NCBI GenBank assembly: GCA_026023565.1
Contig: JAPETS010000010.1
Location: forward strand, 372,001 to 436,000
Direction of reading: 5' to 3'
Source: Cirrosporium novae-zelandiae
Taxonomy: Eukaryota
Length of the DNA: 64,000 bases
A program made the translations under genes and the position numbers. The notes under the pieces are model-generated. The model worked only from the letters and a program-made list of their open reading frames with translations. It was not told the origin of the DNA and ran no database searches. Below, one piece after another: positions 13,070 through 25,252 of this stretch (within the stretch, counting starts at the first letter, position 1; the number at the start of each line of letters is the position of its first letter).

Positions 13070-13948
13070 TCATTCAGGCTTGGCCCGACTTCTTGTCCTC
13101 GTCCCAACGGTGCCCTCAACCGGACCCTGGGGTTCTTTCTTTTCTTTCTTCTTTGGGGGGGCGCTGCTGGACCCCTCGGCCTTCTTAGGTCGTCCCCTTC
13201 CCTTTTTCTTCTCTTCGCTTCCATTCGACTCCGTAGCTGTAGCCGCAGCGGCCTTCTTGGGTGCTGCCTTCGCTTTTGGCGCGCCCGCTGTCTTCGCCTT
13301 AGGAGGCCTCCCCCTCTTCCCCTTGGTCTTCGCTACCGCCGTCTTCAACTTCTTATCCGCCGGCTCCGCCTCCTCTTCCCCCCCCTCTTCCTCCTCCTCC
13401 TCATCCTCTCTTTCATGTTTCTCCCCAACCGTACTCGATGCTTTGCCCTTACCTGCATTTTCGCTCCCGCTATACTCCTCCGTTTCATCCCCATCCCCAT
13501 CCTCATCGTTGTCATTGCCATTCTCCTCTTCTTCTTCGTCATCAGCTTCCAGCTCGCTTGCTGATTTCACGACATCATTTTCAGAGCGAGAAATATGTAC
13601 AGCTGGGTTATCAGGCTGCCCCTTTTTCTTGATGGTGTTTCCCTTTTTCGATTGGATAGCGAGGGTGCCGTGGGAGGAGGTTTCAGCGACTGTACCGCTG
13701 GGGGCGTTGGAGCCCCATTGCCAGGTGACTGGAGAAGGAGAATGGGATATTAGAAAAACAAATACATGACTGGGAAGGTTTTGGGGATTTCACGGTGGGG
13801 TATGGGTTGGGTTGGGAGAAATAAACGCATCAGGTAAAAATGCGCAAGTGAGTTGGAGGATTGGGGAGGATGGAGAATTGGATTTGAGGTTTGCGATGAT
13901 GTATGTACCTTTATCTCCCTTCTCGGGTTCGGCTTCCTTTCCAGACAT
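13070..13948 (-). CDS. DUF2945 (Hva1-like Tudor) domain protein with acidic tract and two AT-hooks
   Basis: Exon 13948-13909 (MSGKEAEPEKGDK), intron 13908-13729, exon 13728-13070 (VTWQWGSNAPSGTVAE...GNTIKKKGQPDNPAVHISRSENDVVKSASEL). Followed by D/E runs, KRGRPPK and GRGRPKK. Probable 5'UTR intron 14313-14012. Confidence 0.8.
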
Positions 13949-15077
13949 GATAACGGTGATAATATCAATATCAAATCACTCTTTTCTTCCCCTTTTCTTT
14001 CTTCCTTCAACCTGAAAAATCTAAAAAAATAAAGAAATTCGTAGTTGACTTCCCCGTAGACGTAAGCCGCTCGATGGATTTTATATCAATCTACCCAACA
14101 CACACACGACATATAAGCATAAGCAACTTCACGCAAAGCAAAAACTCTGCTTTCTTGTTTCCCTCTCTTTTTTTTTCCCTTTCGCGCTTCTTCCTTTCCC
14201 CCCTTTCCTTCAGCCAAGGCCAAGGAACAAAAAAATAAAAATAAACAATCAAGGGAAAGCAAAAGAGAAAAGAAAATTTCGTGACGTCAATCGCGTATCT
14301 CATACTCTCTTACCTCAGCAGCCACACCACACACATGCAAATTTTCCAAATTTTCAGAAAACCCCTTTAATCCAAGTTTCCCGCAAATTTTTAAATCGGG
14401 CAAGATCGGGGTAGGCGATTCTTTGGGAAATCTAGGGTCGCGGCGATGAGGCGACTGGTGTGGTTATGATTCCATTGATGAAAAGGGTAGAGATAGGATA
14501 GGTGAGTGAGGGAGGAAGTCAGAAGAGAAAATTGAAAGGGAGGGAAGGAAGGAAGGAAGGAGGTGAGTGAGTGAGAAGTGGACGACGGGAGCTCGTTCGT
14601 TTCGTTCGTTCGTCGTCTGGGGAACATTAATGATGCGATCGATAGTTAAGTTGGTTTGGTTTAGTTGGTTACTGTAATTACCTGGGACTTACATGGGACT
14701 GGACTGGGGGAGGACGAAGAAGGTACGAATTGAAATGAATTGAATGGATCGAATGGCTGTTCTGTTTTTTTTTCGCGCGATCGATCACGCTAGAGAGGGG
14801 GAGGGGGGGAAGAGGGGGGGGGGGGGCTTGGGGAATTGGACTTTGGGGAATGCAAAATGCGACTCGAATAGAAAAATGGGAAAATGGAAACACGCACGGG
14901 GCAAGGGGCTGATTGGTTGGTTGGAATAATTACACAAAGTACGAATGCGAGGGAAGCTGGAAAGTTACTGTGTATAGTTTGTTGTCATAGGTTGCAATGT
15001 CATCAGGTCCTTTACATCGTCTATCAGTCAATTGATTGATTAATGATATAGATATATCATTACTATTATTATTGTCC

Positions 15078-15078
15078 G

Positions 15079-15108
<30 letters not shown>
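15078..15108. repeat. (GTT)n microsatellite
   Basis: About 10 consecutive GTT units. Confidence 0.9.
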
Positions 15109-15109
<1 letters not shown>

Positions 15110-16310
15110 AGTTAGTTGCCTTTGTTATCTTTCTAATTATGTCTCTTTTTTTTTATTGCTGATGCATCTGGTGTCCTCCTGAGTCCTCACATATCCTCAG
15201 AGAGGTTATATTAATAGGTTTCAAAACATCCCAATCCAGAAATTCGTAACTATGGGGAGGAAAGGACCTTCAACCAAAAAAGAAAAAAAAATGGGGCACA
15301 TTGGTTAAATAAAAAACAAAATACCCTGGGATTAAATATCCTCCTACCCTTACACAAATGATTTCAGGAGGAAATTTGAATTTGGGTGAATACTGTTAGC
15401 CAGACAAACGTACGTAACAAAGCAAGCAAGCAACGATAACTAAACCTCCCCTCGATATATTTTCGTGTGGTATGTTCTTAGCATCGTTCAGAGCAATGCT
15501 GAAGAGTCATCCTGATCCAGATAGAGACACTAATTGCCATAGACTTTTCATCAATCTTTGTCATGGGAGAAAAGTAGCGAGTCAGGATCCAAAAAGCACC
15601 CGAATGATGTGTCCATGCTTAAAGAGATGTAACATCTATAATTCTGCTATGTTCTTTATGATAGAAAGTTGACAGATGAGAATGGTGTACATATATATAT
15701 GGCATGGAGAAGAAAATCCAATGGAAAACGATAGGATCTCAGAACCCAACTAACTCAGCACATTACACATACAAACATATATATTCTCTGCCCGAGGCAT
15801 GGAATGTCAGAAACAAAAACCCCAGTAGCTGACCAAACAATAATTTAAATACTAAATAAACCGAATAGAAATTCAAAAAACAAAAACAAAAGGCCACATA
15901 GACAATTATTTTAAAAGCTGGTTTTGTCACCCATTCTATCTAGCATTGGATTCCTAGTCGTAGCCCTACAAGGGTGGCAGAGGAGTGGGATGCTTGCTCA
16001 ATGGGAGAAAGAAAATAGACAACTACAGGTCATGTTCAACAGATCGTGTGTTTAGAATATTTGATTTGGGAGACCAAGTCCATCGTAGATGTACATAAAT
16101 TCATTCCCTATCCATTCGGTAATAGGGGCGCTGAGCAGTACAAGGTGTTTCCCTCTTGCTCTCGCCGTTGCAGTCGGCTATATTATAACACTATTCCACA
16201 TCTTCCCTGCTATATTTACCCAAGAGACCTTCCCTTAATCTTAATGAAAAACGCCAACCCATGACTTTCGTAGTCTCGTTCTTTGGCTTTGGAAAATGAA
16301 AATCGATTAA

Positions 16311-17685
16311 TTAAGGATTTCCACCCCGTTGATGAAACCTCTCACCCGTGGACGGAATCGGCTTTTCAGCTCGCAATATCCAGAATAAAAAATCTTCAAT
16401 TGGTAATAGCACAAAGAATATCTTATTGCATATAAACGATGCAATAACCACGAATACGGCGACAACTGCGTCAAGCCAATAATGATTGGCTGTTGCGATA
16501 ATGGCTGTGAGAACAAGGGTTGGATACGCGATGGCGAGGAGAAGGTAAAATATTTTCCACGGTAAACTCTTTCTTACTTCTCCCTTGACAAGCGTACGTC
16601 TGAAAAGACCACTATAATGAAGAATACTGCATCCAATGATGAACGACCACCCGAAGTGCATGCTTGGCATGGCAGCGAGAGAGTTGACATATTTGCCGCT
16701 CATCCAAATTGACTCAGCATTATCATGGCGGACGGAGTCTAGGAAGCCGTACTCCTTTGGGAGGAGACGTGGTGGCATGCATGGATAAAACGAAAAGGTT
16801 ATAAAGGCGAACCAACTGGTTAAGGTGAGGGTACGCCGTGCAACAGCGAAGACCGAATGGTTGGGCGCGACGTAATAGAACCAAGCAATGAAACTAAAGA
16901 GTAATCTATTAGAACGGCGACTCGGAGAACGGCAAGGTAGAGAGTTTGGAATGGACATACCTAACAGTACCGGGAATATGTACAAGAGCATAAGCCCTGT
17001 TAAGAAACGTTAAAGCATCTTGATGACCATTCATGAACCATTGCTGGACGGAAATCTCTTTCAGAGGAAAGAAAAATCTCAGCCAACTCTCATGCTCTAT
17101 CCATAGAAGTGTCAGACCATGCTGCTCCGACACTTGCCAGATCCCAATCCGCGCAAATATAATCTGGGATATAACTTTGGTGAGTCGATAGAAGAGGTAG
17201 GACATGACCCAATAAAACATCTCTATTAGAAAGGGAAACTTTTGTAGAAATCGGCTGTGTGTTTTGTTTGCGAAACGGGAAGTGTTTGGGGTGTAGAAAA
17301 TTGCCCCGCAACAGCTACGTCGTTTGGGGAATCGTTTAGCTGCAGCAATAGAATCTTGACCATCGTCCTCACTATCTGGATCATAGAGGAGGTTGTCCGA
17401 GGAATCATATGAATCTTCAGAGTCCAGAAAAGAATTATAGTACCCTTTTCCGTTATGGAATATCTTGTAACCTCTTCTCCGTGTTATGATTAAACCAGAA
17501 AGAAGGATGGATATAACAAGCTATAGGAAATCCAAAGTCAGCATTTCCTTGTAGTCACAGCATAATAGACAACTAACCAATGGCTCACCCCATGCCGGCA
17601 TCTGAAACATAGGATTGCTATTCCATTCTGGGTTCTTATTAATACTTATTGTAACATTCTCGTGTTCAGTTGAAAAGTTCGTCAT
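16311..17685 (-). CDS. Aur1/Ipt1-like PAP2-superfamily integral membrane protein
   Basis: Multi-exon. ATG 17685 (MTNFSTEH...WGEPL), hydrophobic helices, CMPPRLL, AAMPSMHFGW and ATANHYWLDAV motifs of the PAP2_3/inositolphosphotransferase family. Confidence 0.85.
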
Positions 17686-19277
17686 GACTGCGTCTAGGTA
17701 GGAGCAGGATATTAACAATTAATCTCTAGCTTTAGAGAGGTCGTCAAGTCCAAGAGCAACCGGAGTCCTTCTATAGCAATCATCCAACGATTGTAAGTGT
17801 CCAAGAAGATCTGTTCGACCAGCGAATCTCGGTTCTCGAAACAATTGGAAAGATGGAATGGAGATTCTTGGAGCTGAGGATCAGAGAGCACTTCTTAAGG
17901 CCGACTTTCAAGAAATATTGTTCAAGAGAGATTGTTACGGGCTGCGAATGGAGAAGTTGGAGAACGGAGACGGGAAAAGAAAGGAGCTGCTCCTGTAGAG
18001 ATAAATTCCGAGACCAAATCAAGTATAGCACAGAGATTGAGTTAAGGTTCCCTTGTAGATGCACAGATCAGTAACCGTTTTGTCTTGTACGGATGGTGCT
18101 GGTGGCACACGACACTTGTTTACGTACCTTGTTCCCGGTAGTAGTGGAAGTTGCGGAAGTCCTGATGGAGCACGTGGGAAGGCGAATGAAGAGCTATAAG
18201 AGCAGACACCGCTGAATGAAAAAGGAGGTGGAATGTACTGAAGGAAGCAAGAATCCAGAGTACAAGAGAAAGGAATTAATCGCTACTATTACTTTGTACG
18301 AAGGATCCAATAACAGATGGTGCCTAGAGGTCTTGGTCAATAACAACCTCGGAGAGAGGGATTCACAACCTCCGGTCGTATTCGCATTGTGTTGGTCATT
18401 GAGAAAAGCTTATGCAGAAATTATGCTTTCCACAAATGCTCGAATAGGTGAGTAGATGACAGGTTGAAAGGAGGTTTATGCAGACTCATGAAAATTTATG
18501 CAGAATGGTGTCATCTATGTTTGGTTAGCGTGGTGCATATTCGGTAAAAGGATCGACTTCAAATCCTTTACGCATTAGTGTCCACAGCCAGTTTTTTATT
18601 AGGAGTGCCATACACCGTTCGAGACTTTACTCTTTGTCCTTACTTGGTAGTAGAGCCATGGCACCTCGTCGTGCTTGTCAGCCTCGTTTCCCCCATCGCA
18701 ATGTATTTCACACGTGCAAATGCCCTCAATCCGACCTCCCTACTATGGTTTCCAATATCTCTCCCCTCTGATTTCAGGGGACATTTAGTTATAATGTCCA
18801 ATTCTGCTTTTCACCATGACATGTGCCACTAGCCTTATGCAAATTATGTCCTGGGAGATCGTCATCACCAATCATCTTGGCAAGAACTTAGCTAACGCTA
18901 TTTGTAAATCAAATCTTCTAGAAAGCTTAAATTAGTATCTTCAAGAAATCCTGCAATTTCGTCCTTATCTTCCGGTTAATTCTTGATCTGGTCTTGTTTG
19001 CTCTTCTTTCAGTCTCAATATAGACTTTAAAAGCTTCTTATAATCATTCTAGCTCGAGACCAAGCGTTTGGTTCATGCAATAGAGGTAAAGTTGCACTGC
19101 TTGTTTCCCATCAACTCTAGAGCCTCGCCCATATCAGCCTGTCTCTGATAAGGACAGTATTTCATCAATACCATTTTACTGTGGCATTAACGTGTTCAAT
19201 ATTGTTATGCAAATAGTGAAGAATACAAAGGAACACAAGTGAAGAGTGGCTATGGAGATGCTGACTCTAAATATTAG

Positions 19278-20158
19278 ATGGAGCCATTGCCTCCACAAGA
19301 ACCCAAGAAAGGTCAAATCCGAGCAGAACCATATAATTGGCCTCACGATGCTTCATTTTCTCTCGAAACAACTGCCCTGGTCATTGTAGACATGCAGCGA
19401 GACTGTTAGTGTATACTATTATAGATCATCTCATCTCAAGAGCTCAGGTTTAAGAGAAACTGGCTAGATGCTAACCGAAATGAAACAAGTCTGCTCTCCA
19501 GGAGGCTATCTAGATCTAAGAGGCATTGATATTTCTCCAGTGAGGGAACTGATCCCAAAACTAAAACGACTCCTTGAAGCTTTTCGGAAAACCGGGTTTC
19601 CCGTATATCATACTCGAGAAGGTATAAGGGAAATATGTTTTATCTTCATGACAAGCTTGTTTTCGCAGATCTGACAAGATTCCAGGACATCGTCCAGACT
19701 TGTCAACCTTGTCTAAGCGGGAATACTTCCGCTCTCACAACAATATATCCGGTACTGGTATTGGTTCTCCGGGTCCACTTGGTCGTTTGCTCGTTCGCGG
19801 CGAGGAAGGACACGATATCGTGCCTGAGCTGTATCCTATAGAGGGCGAGCCGGTCATTGATAAACCGGGTCGCGGTGCTTTTGCTCATACTGATTTTGAG
19901 TTACTGCTGAGAATCAAAGAGATCAAGAATCTGGTTATAGTAGGGTGTACCACCGATGTCTGTGTTTTTAGCACCATGAGGGAGGCTAATGATCGGGCAT
20001 TTGACTGTGTGTTGCTTCAGGATGGGACTGCGGCTGCCGATGAAAGTCTGCGTGCCTATACCTGCGAATCGATAAAGGGAGAGGGTGGCATTTTTGGAGC
20101 AACGGCAGATTTAGAAGATGCTATTCAGTTTGTGGAAAATTTTCGGCCAGGGAAATAG
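19278..20158 (+). CDS. Isochorismatase-like cysteine hydrolase, biuret/guanylurea hydrolase subgroup
   Basis: Introns 19405-19489 and 19622-19685. Contains AEPYNWPHD, TALVIVDMQRDFCSPGGY, HTREGHRPDLS, DKPGRGAF, TTDVCV (D-K-C triad), MREANDR, EGGIFG. Confidence 0.9.
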
Positions 20159-20229
20159 CGGCATGGTCCGAAGATTCATGGTACTTGGTGGACGTACATT
20201 CTCATCTATAGCCTTTTCAACACGATTTC

Positions 20230-21501
20230 TTAAGAGTTTGAACTTGGTACAGCATTCCCTAAGAATACCACCAACACTGCGGCATACGCTGCGGTTGCCC
20301 CGATCATCTCTTGTTCCTTGGCTGCAGTGAAAAGAGAAATAAGGGCAGCAAAGAAAACAACAGCGAGGGACACAAAAACGAGTTTCATCCCCGTCGATTC
20401 AATATACGTAAGCGCTATCGCAGGCACCACAAATAGTAAACCTCCAATTAGAGCCAAAGAAAAACGACCGGCACTCTTGAAATGGTTGAATAGCAGTGGT
20501 GCCGGCACTCTGTGGGATTCTTGGGTCAAACGCAGCACTATTATAGTATATATCAGCAGTTGTCTCCGATAACAGACTATAGTATAGTACAGAAAGTAAA
20601 GTAGACTGGTCTACCCTTAGACAAGCCTAAGAACTCCCCTGACTAACATAATTCAATTGATGGAGCTGTGTCTAAATCTCCGAATCGATTAATATTGACG
20701 CAAGGAAATGGAGCCTTACAGCGGATAGCACGCATAAGAGGAGTACTTTCAGCTTCGGGGTAAAGTAAGGACTCTACAGAGGTGTCGTGGCGATTCCTAA
20801 GATACCGCTATATAGAATCTACAGCTCCTTTGTGGCTGAGATCAACTCCGGTCAGAGAGTCCAACAGCGTTGTATAGTCTGCTTCTCTAGTTGACCGCAT
20901 GAGACGCAATGTTCTATCCATCATTACTCGCCCATTAGGTCGCGGTAGGTTGACTGTTGCATGCCAACGATGAAGAGTATCTTCTGGATGAATAGATACA
21001 GCGTTAGGGTTGCAAATCAATATATCTTTATGCAATAGAAGACATACGATAATCTCTTGTTAGATTACGAAGCTTAGGCAAATCCTCATCAACTAGGATA
21101 CCATCCATCTGATCAAGACGAGCCTGTAATTTGACAAGTTCATGTTGATAGAGAAACAGGTCATAGAGTATGAGCACCTCGAATCGTTTGAATTGATACT
21201 GCTCAGTCCAATACGTCTCCTGAGATATTTCGTAGAGCTCACGCTGCTCTTTCGCTTCAATGGTCTCAGTAGTGAAGCAGCTGGGACTTTTTTTGGCAGC
21301 TAATAAGCTCCACATCCTTTGCAGATTTTCAGGCATGGGTGATATTGGCAACTTGTTCAACTCTGACAAAATTCTTTCTCGTTCTGATGTTGCCTCATCG
21401 ATCTTGTCATTGGTCAAGGCAGAAGCAGCAATGCCATCCAAGTCATTGATTATGGAACGGCTTGGGCCTTCCTCTGTTCCTGGAGTTAAAGATGACAACA
21501 T
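20230..21501 (-). pseudogene. DUF6594-like membrane protein gene with one in-frame TAG (pseudogene or recoded gene)
   Basis: N-terminal FKRFEVLILYDLFLYQHELVKLQ and C-terminal RFSLALIGGLLFVVP...EMIGATAAYAAVLVVFLG match the DUF6594 pattern. Three phase-consistent introns. In-frame TAG at 20808-20810. Confidence 0.6.
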
Positions 21502-22529
21502 TATATGATGATAATTCTGATAATGACTATCAGTGTTTTGAGCTGGAAAGATAGCTATCAAAGGTAACCACCAAAGATGAACAAATAAATAGAATATCGA
21601 ATAATATTCTAAAAATAATTATAATGCCAAGCTTCGTCAAGGTATCCAGCCCTGCACATGCAGAGCAATTAGGCGGCTTCAAAGCATTCTTTCTCTTCAG
21701 CTGGTACAATAAACAAGTAGTTGGTAGCATTAGGCGCAGTAAATCCAATCACGTTGAAGTATATAGCTCCAATATTTGCTGACTTTAATTACTTACTCAG
21801 GCAGCTGTGACTGATTATTGTGTATATGCTGCTGCTCAAGTACTTGTAACCTGTTGAAGCTGAAAGGCAATGGTAATAATGAGAGTAGAAAGTACATGGG
21901 TTAAGTACCTAGATAGTTAGTATGTGCCCTTTGCTCCCTGAGGCAACTAATCCCGAAGTACTGTAATAATTACCTTACCTAGGTAATTGCTTGGCACTAG
22001 TCATGTTTTCTTTCAATTGTTGAGGAATACGGAATACATTCGTAATAAACCGGAGCCCCCGGTCAGCATACGTCTCGGTTAAAGGCTCCCGTGATTTCCC
22101 AAACAGCAGGCTTGGATTCACATGGTTATATGAGGAAGGCTTGAATTGAGAAAAGAAAAAGGGGTAAATGGCGGTGAATTAGAGAGAAGTAATGCTTATG
22201 GCAATATACTATGCTTGTGACAACACAAACCCAAGGAAAAGAAAGATGGTTCACCATGTCCACTTATCTGATTTGATTTGAGTTTTTTATCTGATTTTAT
22301 CTGATGATCTTGTGGAACCCCAGCAGTTTTCCCATCATAATCCATCTTCCCCAATCATGGTAATTGATAGTGCCGTATATGGAAACCGATGATCCGACCC
22401 CACTTTGATTATCTCCAATTAGATCAAAATCAGATAAAAAAAAAGGAAAAAAATAATCTATTAAATCCCTAATTAAGGACTTAGTTAAACTCTTCCGAAC
22501 CGGCATCTGGCAACGGCCACTCTTCCATC

Positions 22530-22562
22530 GACACCTGTAGACACCTGTAGACACCTGTAGAT
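22530..22562. repeat. Tandem 10-mer (GACACCTGTA)x3
   Basis: gacacctgta gacacctgta gacacctgta, then a degenerate gatacttgta. Confidence 0.8.
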
Positions 22563-23132
22563 ACTTGTACGATGTGATTATTTCTCTCAAATTTTCTCTC
22601 AGAATAGAAAAAAAAGAACGGAAAAATATAAGTGATGGAAAATTTAAAAGACTTTTTTACTATTTAATAATGTTTGGTTTCTTTTTTCTCCAAGGCCCCA
22701 ACGATCCCCGTAAAATACCGATATTCGGATAAGGTAAAGGTAAGCTTGCCCTTATGCCCTTTCCTACCCTTGTCGACTGTACCCTGTTCCATCGGCTACC
22801 CTTGTTCTGCCCTGATGTGATTCATCATTCTTCCGATTACCGATTACGATTCTTTCCTTGATTTCTACTTCATATTTCAACACTGTCGCATCATACTTCC
22901 TAACATTTTTTTTCTCTATCATTCCATATTCTCTCCACTCTTGACTCTCTACTCTAACATGTGTCTCAGTTACATTGATCAATGAAACATCAATGCTAAA
23001 TTTGCTTTTGTGTCATCATCACATTCAAATTCCACAGTGTTGTTCTATACTCTGCGCTTAGCTCCGTGGCGGGTGTTTGGACGTTTGTATCTGAGATCAT
23101 CGGCTCTACGACAAATCCCTACGTTTACTGTG

Positions 23133-25252
23133 ATGGGTAAGTATTTCAACCCTCTGATTTTCTCTATTCATAGCTGTAGCATTGTTCTATCTAAATTTCC
23201 AATCACTAACCATGTCTCTCCGCTCAGCCAACTCCACTCTTTCTAGTGCCGTTCAATCGGCTGCTCCCCCGAAAACCACTATTCCTCTCCCCTCCAGAAG
23301 AAAGTACAGCATCCCACACACCTCTACATCGCATCCAGATGATCCTATCCCTAAGGAACCTATAACCCTTCCTGATATCCAAATACCATCTTCCATGACA
23401 ACGAGGAGTTCACCGCCCGAATCTGAAGGCTCCGCTGTCTTTTCCGACGATGAAGATGAAGGCACCAGTGGCTCTGAACTTTCCTCCACCTCGCCCACCT
23501 CTACCAAGCTAGAGAAGACTCTTGATAAAATTCAGGATATAGCGAGTGAACCCAAGCCGGATCATCATGAACGTCGAGGCTCAACTGTTCTCATATCAAA
23601 GAACGCCGAGGATGTTAAAAGGATACTTGGAGCAAATAAACCCGGAATCCAGCAAATACAGAAAGTATGTTGCGGAGAGGGATGCTGCTTCTTGAATCCA
23701 CTTCCCGACAATTCTATGTCGGAATCCTTCCGTCCAGTGACAATACCAAACAACCAAGCATTTAATGCCCTAAAAGTTACAATTGGTCCTCTCAGTCTTG
23801 ACAGTCAACTTACAAGTGTGACGCCCCTACCAACACAAACGGCTACTTTTGTTAACACTGTTCCTGCCGGGTCTCCTGTGACCGGCTCTGGACAGCACCC
23901 TCCAAAATTTGTAATGCCTCATCCTCCATATGAAGTCTTTTCATCTAAGATTTGGCATACGCGGGAATTGACAAAGCCTGGTGCTGAGAAAAGAACTTAC
24001 CATTTCGAGCTTGATATTACAGATTACCCAGAAGAGAGTGGACAAGTCGATTTCGTAGTTGGAGGCGCCATTGGTTTCTGTCCTCGCAATTTAGAAGCGG
24101 TCGTAGATGAGATCTTTAACCTACTAGGTACACCAACATTCGTGAGGGACAAGCCAGTTTCGCTTAAGACTAGCACTGGACGCTGGCCGACGATCTGGGG
24201 TGACGATATGACTAGAGAATTAACGACTACACGCCGAGAACTCCTAGCTTGGTGCTCCGATGTGCAAAGCTACCCGCCCAACAAACCCCTACTCCGTCTC
24301 CTAGCCGAATATGCCTCTGATGAAAGCGAAAAGAAAATCCTAACCTTCCTCACCTCCGCTCAAGGTCAAACCGCCTTCTGTGACCTTCGAACAAACCAAC
24401 ATATCACTCTCCTCCAGCTTCTACATGCCTTCCCGTCATCGCGCCCCCCTCTAGATCACCTCCTTTCTGTCCTCAACCAGCTAATGCCTCGTTTCTACTC
24501 CCTCTCACAGGACCCGCAAATCTCGTGCGAGCGCTTGGGGAAGACTTGCCGCAGACTTATCGAGGTTGCAGTCACTGTCCACGAAACTGAGAACTACACT
24601 GGTGAGAAACGTACAGGTGTCAGTTCTGGCTATCTTGAAAGCCTAGCTAAACAGTTCATCGAATACGAAAAATCAGGCAAAGATCCCCACGAACTCGATC
24701 TTCGTGTCCCGATCTTCAGGGGTTTGATGTCTAATCCTCTAGCCCGCGAATTTGTTTCTGATGGCCCTATGCTCTTGATTGGTGCTGGTGTAGGCATTGC
24801 CCCATTCCGAGGCTTTGTCCAGCGCCGTCTCCGATCTGCGAACTGTGCAAATAAAGTGTGGGTCCTCCAAGGCATCCGTGACAGTCTTGTTGATGAGCTC
24901 TACGAAGGTGAGTGGGGCGTTCACGAGGATAAGGTCAAGAAAATTGTGCAGTCGAGGAGAGGGGAAAAAAGGTATGTGCAGGAGGAAGTCAGAGTACAGG
25001 CAGATTTAGTGTGGTTCATCATCAATGCATTGGATGGAAGAGTATTTGTGTGCGGAAGCAGTGCGGGGATGGGAGAGGGTGTCGAAGCCGCGTTAATCGA
25101 TGTAGCCATGGCTAAGGGAAATCTGAATCTCGAAGAGGCGACAAAGTTCTGGCAACAGAAGAAGGAAACAGGTCAATATATCGCAGTAAGTCTATTCCTC
25201 TGATTCTTGACATGGAAATTATTCTTAATACGTTATACAGGAGACATGGTGA
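23133..25252 (+). CDS. FAD/NADPH-binding FNR-type oxidoreductase (diflavin reductase/MTRR-like C-terminal module, no flavodoxin domain)
   Basis: ATG-G|GTAAGT exon at 23133, introns 23137-23227 and 25186-25240. Motifs LMPRFYSLS, GVSSGYL, LIGAGVGIAPFRGF, YVQ, VFVCG and terminal YIAETW*. Confidence 0.85.

Noticed and set aside
13080..13769. 229-aa plus-strand ORF
   Set aside because: Antisense shadow of the low-complexity DUF2945/AT-hook gene (S/F/L-rich mirror of E/K codons).
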